Shown piece by piece: positions 1 to 9,500 of a stretch of DNA of 32,032 bases. Numbering within the stretch: the stretch's first letter is position 1; each line of letters begins with the position of its first letter. The notes beneath the pieces were generated by a model that saw only the letters and a list, made by a program, of their open reading frames with translations, made no database searches and was not told the DNA's origin. This stretch comes from a virus (taxonomy: Duplodnaviria > Caudoviricetes): IMG/VR virus record IMGVR_UViG_3300038475_000025, positions 1 through 32,032 of that record; one strand, given 5' to 3'. The translations under genes were made by a program, and so were the position numbers.

Positions 1-620
1 AAATGATGTGCGTCCATATGATGCATCGAACATGATCCCATTTCCGTGTTGTTCACTATACGTACGGGTGAAGCTTTCTTCCATATCGAAATTGGAACCC
101 ACTGTCCCTGCTTAAGCTGAGACGGAACATCTGCCGATCCTGCGTCCTGCGACTCGTTCGGATCACGAACCTTATCTTCATGCTTCTTGAAAATCTGCTC
201 CTTGGGTCCAACAATAATATCAGATACCGTTGTATCAGGAAATTGCATGCGACTTACAAAGTCACGGTTAGCATTAAATACCTTATTGATTTCCTGCGTA
301 CTCTGACCGATATTCTGCGGCGTGTATTCGACTTCATACATATCTACGATTACCGCACTATTCTCGGCTTCCTTACGAATAGGAATGGCATCCTTTGGGG
401 TGTCAATTGAGGCATGCTTGTGAAGTCGCAATTCATCCATGAGAACCGGTGCATATAAAAAATTCAATTTGGACGTGAGCATTGTATTTATCTCGTCCAT
501 TGTAAATAGCTCATCCATTCCAGCCAGCTTCACATTGCCACAATCAAGTAATGTGAAGTCCAGTTTATCTGGCTGGTTCTGAAGCATGGCTTCGAATTTT
601 GCGCACTTTTCCATAGTCAT
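1..620 (-). CDS. Hypothetical protein, 3'-truncated by window edge (>=206 aa; MTMEKCAKFEAMLQNQPDKL...), possibly head/scaffold-associated
   Basis: Hand translation: ATG at 620 preceded by AAGAGGA RBS, frame open to position 1; missing from the ORF track because there is no stop in the window. Confidence 0.75.
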   Translation of the reverse strand, partial: MTMEKCAKFEAMLQNQPDKLDFTLLDCGNVKLAGMDELFTMDEINTMLTSKLNFLYAPVLMDELRLHKHASIDTPKDAIPIRKEAENSAVIVDMYEVEYTPQNIGQSTQEINKVFNANRDFVSRMQFPDTTVSDIIVGPKEQIFKKHEDKVRDPNESQDAGSADVPSQLKQGQWVPISIWKKASPVRIVNNTEMGSCSMHHMDAHH

Positions 621-644
621 TCCTCTTACTAAATATAGCCGAAA

Positions 645-956
645 CTACTCAGATTTACGCTGGCTCTCGTCCATTTTTGGAATAATAGCCCATTTGTCAC
701 AGCAGCCATATGGTTCAACCTGAGCATTGTTCAATTCTTTGCAAATACCACCAAATTGCCCACCTTCTGTAGCTTTGAAATACTCACAACTAGAGCAGAA
801 ATAACCCTGTGGTGGCTCCCCACCAACGCTCTCCGCAGTAGGCGCAAACTGTTCGTATTCCACGTAATCAGCCTTAGCCAGGTCTTCATTACCTTTCCGA
901 CCATCAGTTGGAAATCGAACGGCAAGTTTCTTCCATGCTTTCTTTATCGCGCCCAT
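645..956 (-). CDS. Small Cys-rich protein with HiPIP-like (high-potential 4Fe-4S) cysteine pattern
   Basis: DYVEY...YFCSSCEYF-x9-ICKEL-x4-VEPYGCCDKW resembles the HiPIP pattern CxxCxxF...C...VxxxGWCxxW. Confidence 0.55.
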   Translation of the reverse strand: MGAIKKAWKKLAVRFPTDGRKGNEDLAKADYVEYEQFAPTAESVGGEPPQGYFCSSCEYFKATEGGQFGGICKELNNAQVEPYGCCDKWAIIPKMDESQRKSE

Positions 957-958
957 TA

Positions 959-1177
959 TTAGTCACCGCTACGAAGTGGTGGTAATCCCATTTTCTTTCT
1001 TATCTTTGCATCTTTTTTCTTGTCTTTTTCTCGTTGTTTATTTCGATCTTCTCTTTCACACATCATACAAGGATAGGCACTCCCTGAAACCCAATGACCA
1101 CGTTTGCATTTGTATCCACCACCTAATACCTTACCATATGATGGCTTACTACGAAATAGCTTATTCAAAATTTTCAT
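959..1177 (-). CDS. Small basic hypothetical protein with putative Zn-binding motif
   Basis: CKRGH...CMMC plus Lys/Arg-rich tail; start at 1177 (MKILNK) avoids overlap with the upstream gene. Confidence 0.6.
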   Translation of the reverse strand: MKILNKLFRSKPSYGKVLGGGYKCKRGHWVSGSAYPCMMCEREDRNKQREKDKKKDAKIRKKMGLPPLRSGD

Positions 1178-1185
1178 ACTGCACC

Positions 1186-2208
1186 TTACGTCAAATTGCA
1201 TGCTGTGGATATCAATCCCCGTTCCTGAGCTTCCGCTGTAAATCTAATCATGTCTTCATCTGTTAGCTTCTCCCACTCAATGGTAGCCACAGACTTTCCG
1301 CCATTCATTGCAGCAATACGCGCAAGCTGTATTGCTCTGGGGAACGCTGGGTTTCCTACAATGGACAACTCAAAGAACGACAACACATGGTTCATTTCCA
1401 CGTTGCGCATAGCAACATTTCGTGAAGAGTAGCCCTTGAGTACGTCGTTCTGTTCCATCTTGGAGATCATCAGGTGTTGCAACCATTCAGGACGAATGAC
1501 ACCAGATGAGAGAAGATCGCGAACCTGATTTGCCGACACGACTGAGATTGCGCCTTTGCGCTTGGCGATGTGGTCACAGTATTCACTCGCAAAGTGTGCC
1601 ATATTGCCACAAGTAGCGCATACCGAATACTCGATGTTTGTACCCATCGAGCAGGCAAGCTTCTGTCCTGTGTCAATCATTCGCACGATGCGATCCGCTG
1701 TACGCTTCGCCTTATCATTGACTGAGGCGTTTCGGGTCAGGTTCACGTCTATACGCATTAACACTTCAATCGATCCGTCCTTCTGACCAGGCATACCAAG
1801 CACAGCTAACCGCTTCAGGTCATTCTTCGGCCCAAGCAGGTCAGCGTAACGTGTCACTCCATGTTCTGGAAGGATTATGAATCGATTGAGGAATGCGTCA
1901 GGTAGGTCACCAATTGATCCTGCAATGCCCTCACCGGAATTGTGCTCAACATGTGCACGTTTTCCAATAAAGGACTTGTAGCCAAAATTCGGTCTCTCGT
2001 CTTCAAAGTGCTCGTATGGAAAAGCGTCATAATTTCCGTTTTGTCCAGAATTCGGGTCTTCCATACAACCAATCGCTCTAAATCGTAAGTAACGAAAATC
2101 CAAATTATTTATCGGAACAATTCGACGTGTTCCTGCAGTTGTATAAAGGTTGGTTGTTGCACCGTAAGGTACAAGCTGTAACAACGAGAATGACCATTTT
2201 TGTAGCAT
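1186..2208 (-). CDS. Prohead (capsid maturation) protease, HK97/herpes-type fold, with inserted Zn finger
   Basis: FIGKRAHVEHN (candidate catalytic His), LACSMGT (candidate catalytic Ser), CATCGN...CDH insert, terminal FFELSIVGNPAF; located downstream of portal; ATG 2208 with AAGGGG RBS. Confidence 0.75.
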   Translation of the reverse strand: MLQKWSFSLLQLVPYGATTNLYTTAGTRRIVPINNLDFRYLRFRAIGCMEDPNSGQNGNYDAFPYEHFEDERPNFGYKSFIGKRAHVEHNSGEGIAGSIGDLPDAFLNRFIILPEHGVTRYADLLGPKNDLKRLAVLGMPGQKDGSIEVLMRIDVNLTRNASVNDKAKRTADRIVRMIDTGQKLACSMGTNIEYSVCATCGNMAHFASEYCDHIAKRKGAISVVSANQVRDLLSSGVIRPEWLQHLMISKMEQNDVLKGYSSRNVAMRNVEMNHVLSFFELSIVGNPAFPRAIQLARIAAMNGGKSVATIEWEKLTDEDMIRFTAEAQERGLISTACNLT

Positions 2209-2218
2209 AGTATACCCC

Positions 2219-2929
2219 TTATCTGTCCCATAAAATAACAAAATCACAACTTAATGTATTACAGATTTCTGTCTCTCTTTCCAAATCCTGTTGAACTTGA
2301 GCGTCATGAAATCTTTCGTACACTTCATAGACAATATTCGTTTCTGGACAATAACCATCCACCACATAACCAAGTTTTTCAAGAGGATACTGTCTCAAAA
2401 TCTTTACGTTATCAACCGTCTCTTGCTTATTAAGTAAATCGGTCTCGTGAAAGCCAATTGCAGGAACAAAACCACCGTGCGCTTGGATGTACTCAATATT
2501 TGCAATTCTCAATTTCCGTTTAGTTTCCGTGGAATGATGCTTACCATAAAAATGATTTTTGATACCACGTCTGGCCAAACTCATCTTCTTACGTGTTTTC
2601 TCAGACCTTGGAACACCAGCATGCGGTCTTTTCTTTCCTTTTCGTGCAACACTCATTTTCAAAAGTGTTTTTTCGGAAAAGTGTTTACCATAATTCGGGT
2701 GATTTTCACCAGAAATAGATTTGCTTATCTTTTCCCGCACTTCCTTCGGTACAGTTCTACCAATCAACGCTTGTCGCATACGTTCTAAAGATTCACCACT
2801 AAGCCCTTTTCCAAAACGTGGCGATAACTTTCCTTTCCGACCATACATTGGATTACGACTACCACTGTTTAATTCTCGCATCTTCTGTTTAGTTTCTTCG
2901 GATCGCATATGTTTACCACGGTTACTCAT
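2219..2929 (-). mobile_element. Free-standing homing endonuclease: NUMOD3 repeats plus C-terminal Vsr/PD-(D/E)xK-like nuclease domain
   Basis: Repeated RSEETKQKM / NPMYGRK / HPNYGKHFSEKTLLKMS / RSEKTRKKMS / FYGKHHSTETKRKL units; C-terminal GYVVDGYCPETNIVYEVYERFH; visibly more AT-rich than flanking genes. Confidence 0.85.
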
Positions 2930-2938
2930 ACTGTATAT

Positions 2939-4405
2939 TTAGTCATTATGATGCTGAATCTTTAGCCACATAGACCCATCAGTAGTCTTCGCACCAGACA
3001 GTGATTCGCTTCTAGCGAGTTCCCTGTCGTCTTCAATGATAGCTCCGAACTGGCAAACCATCCCATAGTTCTTATCCCAGATGAACGCTTCACCAGCATG
3101 TGGATTTCCGACATAAGCTTTGCTATCATGCCATTCATCGGTGCTTGTAAGAGAGCGCATAAACCGAATGGCAATGCCCATCATGTCTTCAGTTGACAAC
3201 CACTTGATATCCTTCTTGTGGTGGATATCCCCAAGATGCCATTCAGCATACTTTATCACATCCCACACAGGCTTCATTTCAGAAGCCATCACCATCGGCA
3301 AATTGTTCACTGGCTCTTCACTGCCATGAGTGTAACCAATCAGCGAATGCCCATATTTGTAGTATTTACGAGCACGTGCTGTGTTGTCCACCGTAACATC
3401 AGGACAATTTGTGTAATGTGCATCAAGAACTTCGCCTAGATAAAATGACCGTTGTTTGTCATGATTACCTGGTATAACAAGAATATCAACTGGTGCCGCA
3501 GTCCTCAACATATCAATTGCCGCAACCATCAGTTCCCTACCGCGTTTGAACGTCTTCTTCCAGCGCGTATCTTCATCTTGTGGTGTACCCTTGGCCGTAG
3601 TATTCTCCAGAGTATCCACATTGAAGAAATCATTACCTATTGGGAACACAATGCGTTCCACATTATATGGTTTGGAATGATCGATCAACTCCTTAACGCA
3701 TTTCAAAAATCTTTGCTTCGCAATCTTGATGTCAAAATCCTGACCAACTTCTTCTCCCCAGCACATTTTTCCGAAATGTAAATCATATAGCGAAATCTCC
3801 AACAGGCTTGGTCTGGTCAGTGCGTCACTCTTGGCATACACCATCGGCTGGTATACCGGAGCATGTGTCTTCATCTCTGCCAGAACTTCAGCCTTCACGT
3901 CTTCAATCAGAATGGCTGGCGTGTTACGCTCCATATGTGCCCAGCAACGATACAAAGGCACGACCTTATGCTCGTCATCTTTACGGGCATAGCCTGTCTT
4001 GACCTTGAAATCTTCGTCATACTTTCTCAATCTTGTGTGAGATTCGTATGCCGTACACTCCCACTTCGTAATGATCCATTCCTTCGGATCAACCTTGAAG
4101 AGTGCCACCAATTGCTCCAGAGACTGAACGCGCTCTGAGACAATCTTGCTCTCTTCTCTGGAATTGCCAAATTCTTTGATTGACCCCACAAACTGTGATT
4201 GGTCACCACCTGAACTTGAATTTGGTGTAACACTGTACAGCTTGTGCTTCTTGCGTAGCTTACTAACTCTCTTTCTGACTGCTTCTAAATGTGTATTACT
4301 GAATTCCTGCGGATGTTCTGCCATTGCGATTCGTGCGATCTCCGTACTAGCAAGATGCACGTTTTTCTGTAACAGATCGTATAGAATATCCCTTGGATTG
4401 AGCAT
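2939..4405 (-). CDS. Calcineurin-like metallophosphoesterase with N-terminal HTH-like extension
   Basis: All five motifs: DLHFG, GNDFF, PGNHD, YTHG, GDIHH. Confidence 0.85.
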   Translation of the reverse strand: MLNPRDILYDLLQKNVHLASTEIARIAMAEHPQEFSNTHLEAVRKRVSKLRKKHKLYSVTPNSSSGGDQSQFVGSIKEFGNSREESKIVSERVQSLEQLVALFKVDPKEWIITKWECTAYESHTRLRKYDEDFKVKTGYARKDDEHKVVPLYRCWAHMERNTPAILIEDVKAEVLAEMKTHAPVYQPMVYAKSDALTRPSLLEISLYDLHFGKMCWGEEVGQDFDIKIAKQRFLKCVKELIDHSKPYNVERIVFPIGNDFFNVDTLENTTAKGTPQDEDTRWKKTFKRGRELMVAAIDMLRTAAPVDILVIPGNHDKQRSFYLGEVLDAHYTNCPDVTVDNTARARKYYKYGHSLIGYTHGSEEPVNNLPMVMASEMKPVWDVIKYAEWHLGDIHHKKDIKWLSTEDMMGIAIRFMRSLTSTDEWHDSKAYVGNPHAGEAFIWDKNYGMVCQFGAIIEDDRELARSESLSGAKTTDGSMWLKIQHHND

Positions 4406-4436
4406 AAAGAACGAACCCCCGCTTATTTATGAACAG

Positions 4437-6509
4437 TTATTTTCCGACTTCACGATTTATAGCAGCTTGCTCGATATTGAACTCGCGTGTACTCTTCAAT
4501 GTCCTGTCAACTTCCGTAGACACTTCACCCAGCATCTCAGCACCCAATGCAGTCAGTTCATCCCTCTCTTCTCTGGAACCTGTAGGACCAGACGGAGTAG
4601 GCGGTGCACCACCAGAAGCAGCAGGACCACCCCCAGGACCACCACCAGCACCTACAGGAGCGTCTGGTGCACCTAAGCCACCACCTGCTGGTGTATTAGC
4701 CATATCAGGTGCGCCTGGATTGAGTGGACCAACATCCATATTCCCTGGTCCTTCGAAATCACCACCAATTGGTGCACCACCTTGACCTGGTTTTGCAGGC
4801 TGTGCCCATGGAGTGAGTCCCAACCTGATAATCTCAGTCTCACGAGCTTTCTTGCGTTCCAGGTCACGGAAGTATGCCTTCTCCTGGGCTTTCATATCCA
4901 AACGAGCAATACGTGCCAACGTGCCCTCATCAACCAACCATGGCACATGATCCTTGAGCCACTTAATCCAGTTCTTGAAGTTCTCGTCATTCGTTGCAGA
5001 CATTGAACCCCAATCCAGTTTCGGATAGATATACTCACGGCGCTGGGTAAGCTCTTGATTCTGAAGCTCTACCGCCTTTCGTGTAAAGAACTCCCTGAAC
5101 TCTTCATTGTCTTTGTAGTCACGGATTCCGGAGTAGACGGACATCAAGTCTTTACCAGCTTCCTTGACCGATCCATACTTCTTACCTTGATAGTACGCAC
5201 CGACCACAGGCTGAGTCATGCGGTAGAATCCACACATCTCAGAGACTGTTTTGAACCAACCAATATGCACCAACTGTTCGATCTTAAGCTGTAGGTTCAG
5301 ATATCGCTGGCGTTGAATCTCAAGGTTGGCATACGCTTGAGCATAAGAACCACCACCACCTGTCATGAGTTGTTCATGTATCCCCATACCGATGAACTTC
5401 AACTTATACACGCGGTCGAACTCTGGACCTATCGGCAAAATCTTACCAGACGCTCCGTAGAACTCCACATTGATCCCATAATGATAGAATATCGAGAAGT
5501 TCGGGTCCATCTCCCATGCAGCGAACATTTCTCGCAACTGGTCAAGCTCCGACTGTTCCGGAATCCAGCCGGTCACCGGATCTCCAACCTTAACCACAGT
5601 CAACGGCACAATATGCCGTGTGGCAATGGCGAACTGCGCCTGCTGCAGACGATCCTCATACATCATGATCTTCAGTAAACGCTTGATGATCGACTTACCC
5701 TTCACTTCGTATGGAGCCTTGTCATGCGACAGAATAAACGTGTTGTTGGCATGAAGTGGTATTTCATTATTGTACAACACATAACGAATGATGTCTGGCG
5801 ACAACTGTTTGTACAGGTAATCAGGAGATCTGGACTGGACAATCTTCTTGAGAGATTCATCGGGTATAAGCTTCACAAGAGGTTTCTGGTTCAACCATGT
5901 GCTTTCAACCTTCACGTAGTCTGGATTGAGCATGGTGAACTGATCCCACATGTAGTCTTTCTCATTCCATGCGCCAAAGAAATAGTCGTTACCTATCGTC
6001 CAATACTCTTTAACAGCGTCAGTAATTGTTCGAATCAGATTGATACGGTCACACATTTCCTCAAAGTGCGCCTGAACTCCAGAGTCTTCGCACTCCTGAA
6101 GCTGCAAATTGGCTAATGGTAATTCTGTGTGAATACGAAGTGCGGCTGATACAATAGGATCAGTATCTGCAAAGAATCTATAAAGACCATGCAATGTTCT
6201 GTCATCCGTTGGTATAGCAAGAGTTGATGAAGTATAACGTGGATCGTTGAATAGTGGAGCGTTACGTGTCACATCCAACACACCACCCATTGACCCACGC
6301 CGAACCAGACGATCACCAACCTTGGTAAATGACACAGACGACACAGGACTAATAGCCGGGACATGTACCAATCCCTGAGTGGAAGGCGAAGCAACACCAT
6401 GCCTTGACAAGAACTCTTGATCAAGATTACCAGTGATTATCTGCTTCGATACTTGGCCTGAATCAAAACCCTGTCCAATTGGTACATTGCCGCGAATAAG
6501 ATGTCCCAT
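4437..6509 (-). CDS. Portal protein with Pro/Gly-rich C-terminal tail
   Basis: RFFADTDPIVSAALRIHTELPL, YWTIGNDYFF, LNPDYV, PYEVKGKSII, AIATRHIVPLTVVKVGD motifs typical of large-phage portals; lies between terminase and prohead protease. Confidence 0.8.
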   Translation of the reverse strand: MGHLIRGNVPIGQGFDSGQVSKQIITGNLDQEFLSRHGVASPSTQGLVHVPAISPVSSVSFTKVGDRLVRRGSMGGVLDVTRNAPLFNDPRYTSSTLAIPTDDRTLHGLYRFFADTDPIVSAALRIHTELPLANLQLQECEDSGVQAHFEEMCDRINLIRTITDAVKEYWTIGNDYFFGAWNEKDYMWDQFTMLNPDYVKVESTWLNQKPLVKLIPDESLKKIVQSRSPDYLYKQLSPDIIRYVLYNNEIPLHANNTFILSHDKAPYEVKGKSIIKRLLKIMMYEDRLQQAQFAIATRHIVPLTVVKVGDPVTGWIPEQSELDQLREMFAAWEMDPNFSIFYHYGINVEFYGASGKILPIGPEFDRVYKLKFIGMGIHEQLMTGGGGSYAQAYANLEIQRQRYLNLQLKIEQLVHIGWFKTVSEMCGFYRMTQPVVGAYYQGKKYGSVKEAGKDLMSVYSGIRDYKDNEEFREFFTRKAVELQNQELTQRREYIYPKLDWGSMSATNDENFKNWIKWLKDHVPWLVDEGTLARIARLDMKAQEKAYFRDLERKKARETEIIRLGLTPWAQPAKPGQGGAPIGGDFEGPGNMDVGPLNPGAPDMANTPAGGGLGAPDAPVGAGGGPGGGPAASGGAPPTPSGPTGSREERDELTALGAEMLGEVSTEVDRTLKSTREFNIEQAAINREVGK

Positions 6510-6512
6510 AAC

Positions 6513-9500
6513 TTAGCCTTGCTTTGGTGGTTGGTACAAATAGTCATCTCGTAGCTCGTGGCGTGTCATGAAGCCACTCTTTGCTCCCTCTTCAAACGTC
6601 AGCGCGTCAAATACTCCTTCTTGCACAAGCATCGAATTAGGCTTGTGGAGACGAATATCTGTGTGGAATGGCAACGATGCTGTCACATTACGCGAATAGT
6701 TGTGTGTAATCCGTTCTTCAGTAACATACCATTCTCCACCGTCATCATCCTTAATGGTATATCTCAAGTAGCGGGGTATTCCATTCACTAACGGCTTCGT
6801 AGCAATCTCAATTATCTTCCCAACATTAGTTGGCTCATTGATCGCCTCAAATTCCACACGGTCGAATAATTCATGTCTTGTTTCTGGACGTGGCTCCAAC
6901 TTCAACGCGTCATCCGTCAGATCAGCAAACTTCAGCGAAGCATATGGCGTAGTCGGACGATCAGTCTGCGGCATCATCACCGTCTCATGCAATCCCCGTT
7001 CCATATACATCTTCTCCAAATCCTTGCGTACACTAGATTCATCTTGCTGATCATCAAGCGATTTCGGATCTTTCGGTGAGGGGTCCATAGTGCCCATGTA
7101 GTCAGCGTATTCCTCACCCTGGGGCATACTGAAATCAGAGAACGTAATACGCAACGAACTCTGCCTGCTTCTATCCTGGTAACGGTTACTGTTCTGATGC
7201 GGCAATGCCGTGTTCTTGTACTTGTCATAAAACTGTTTGAAGAGCTTCACGTTGTGGAGTACGTGTGATTCAATAGCATGCGATTCCTTACCGTGGTTGT
7301 CGTAGTAACCAGTACCAAAATTGAAACCCTTCACTCCCATATGCTCCATCATTGCTATATCAGAGAACGAACCCTTGGCTGGTATGAAACCTTCGTTGTT
7401 CATCATGTCTTCTGTCGGCTTGTCATGGTACTGATACATCACAGTATCCATGCCCTTACGGTCGAACTGAAACATCCATTTGTATTTCTTCGGTGGCTGG
7501 AAAAATGCACCAGTGGAACGTCCCTTCTCTTCACCTTCTGTAAGCAAGATGTCACAATCCACACCAAGCTGTGGCAATAACTTAAGGAGAATGTAGGCTC
7601 CAAGCCTATCATCAATCTGCGCGTTGCGTATGACCCTTGTATCATCCAGATGCGTAACTTCAAAGTGAGTCAAATTCTGAACTGTATCCAAATGGGCAAT
7701 ACCAAGGATGTTTGATCCATTATCTTTAAAGACGTACATTCCATCTGGTGTTTTCTTCAATTCCCCAAACTGAGCAAAGTCTTCTATGGGCTTCAAGGCG
7801 ATATCCTTGAACTCGTCCATATTCATTTCAACCTTGTCTGCTATCGGCTTCTGAGAGACATCACCAATATAGATCAGACTGCCATCCTGTGTGAACTGTT
7901 TCGGGTCAGATACTGGCAGACTAGTCACGATAGCTTCCACGGACTGTGGGTCTATGTCACGAGCACCTGGTATGTATTCCCTGATCATCTGTACCAAAGC
8001 TCCAACACTGAATTGCTCATGCAGAAACTTCTTAAGTAAGAAATCAGGCGCTGTTTGTTTCAATTTCTCCACAAACCCCTTGTCACGCTCCGCTTTCTCC
8101 ACCCGACGCTGCTCATCCTGAACCTTACGGTCTCGAAGCCATTTTCTGGTATACGAGAACGCACCTGGAATCTTCGCCCTGATATAAGCTTCAGTCGTCT
8201 CGCGTACGGAATCATTCTTAATGTAATCCTGCAATTCTTCCATAATCAACGGTGTTAATTCATCAATCATTCCATCCTGATCAACGTACGGCTGCTCTGC
8301 CAGATAATTCCCAACATACTCATCGATCAACTCATCCACATACTGATTGAAGATCATGGCATTTGTCCTAATAAGGGACGAATTAGCAATCCCACCCTTG
8401 TCTGGATGTTGCATATCGATCTTATCCTGCACTGTCGGTGTAACATTCGGGTCCAGGAAGTATTGATTGACAGGCTCCCATGGCTCTCCCCAGATGTGAT
8501 CCCGGCCATTGTTGATATCAAGATGATCGTCCTGGTGGAAAAATTCGGCATTCGAACGTCCGATACCTTCATCGATATCAGACTTGTCGGTGTAAGTCAG
8601 CGGATCTTCTTCGGAGAACTTGAGGGAAGCTACCGTACCTTGGGTTTCATCCCATACTGCGCCATTCTCTTCTGCAAGTGGTTTGATATTCGCATCAAAG
8701 AAATTGACGAGCATAGCATATGCTGACTTCTCATCTAACCGACCAGCGTTCAAATTGTAAAGGATATCCGTGTAGTCTGGTAAATTTTCAAAATCGTAAC
8801 CATTCTGTGCTACAAAGTAACGTACTGATGTCAACGCAGTTGGAACAACTCCTGGTTCCACATACGGCGAACGGTCAGGAGAAGCCAATTGAATAGCTAG
8901 TTGTGCTGCTTTTTGTTCCAGATCAGCATGACTCTCTTCACCAAACCAACTTTCGAATGGCTTAGTAACCGCCGCATTCATCCTCTCCTGGAATTCCGGA
9001 TGTTCGGCTTGTTCTCCCATCCGGTCAGGAGTAAGCAGTTCCTTTCGATAATTGGTATTGATAGTATGAATAACGTCAGGAGTTATCTTTTGTATCGGTG
9101 CAGAATTGGCGCGTGTTGCTTCATCAGGTGTCGGATGAAGGCGTGATGGACTCCTTTGAAGGGTTTCATCTTTCTTGGTTTTATTGTTCGGCTGCGGCGC
9201 ATAGTGGCTCCCAAAGTTTATTGTGTCAAATTTGTCAAGACATTCTTGGACTGTTCCATCAAATATATGTTGATAACGCCAGTTTACGTAGTTCTCAAGA
9301 TTCACCTTCCGATCAGGCGGCAACGTAGACAAATACTCAAGCACTGTAGACTTTGCTTCTGGATTCCCGATACTGATCTCTGTGAAATGTACACGAACCC
9401 AACCGTTCTTCAACAGGAAATCTCGTGCCGTAGTACCAGCCTTTTCAAACTGCGCATTAAGTTTTGGATCATGATCAAGGATGTAACCAGCCATCACATC

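Noticed and set aside
2209-2938. Group I intron around the homing endonuclease
   Set aside because: Only about 10 nt flank the ORF on each side and both neighbouring genes look complete.
4600-4790. Repetitive CCACC/GCACC-rich DNA in the portal tail (also 25580-25680 and 26220-26390)
   Set aside because: Explained by Pro/Gly/Ala codons; not a DNA-level repeat element.
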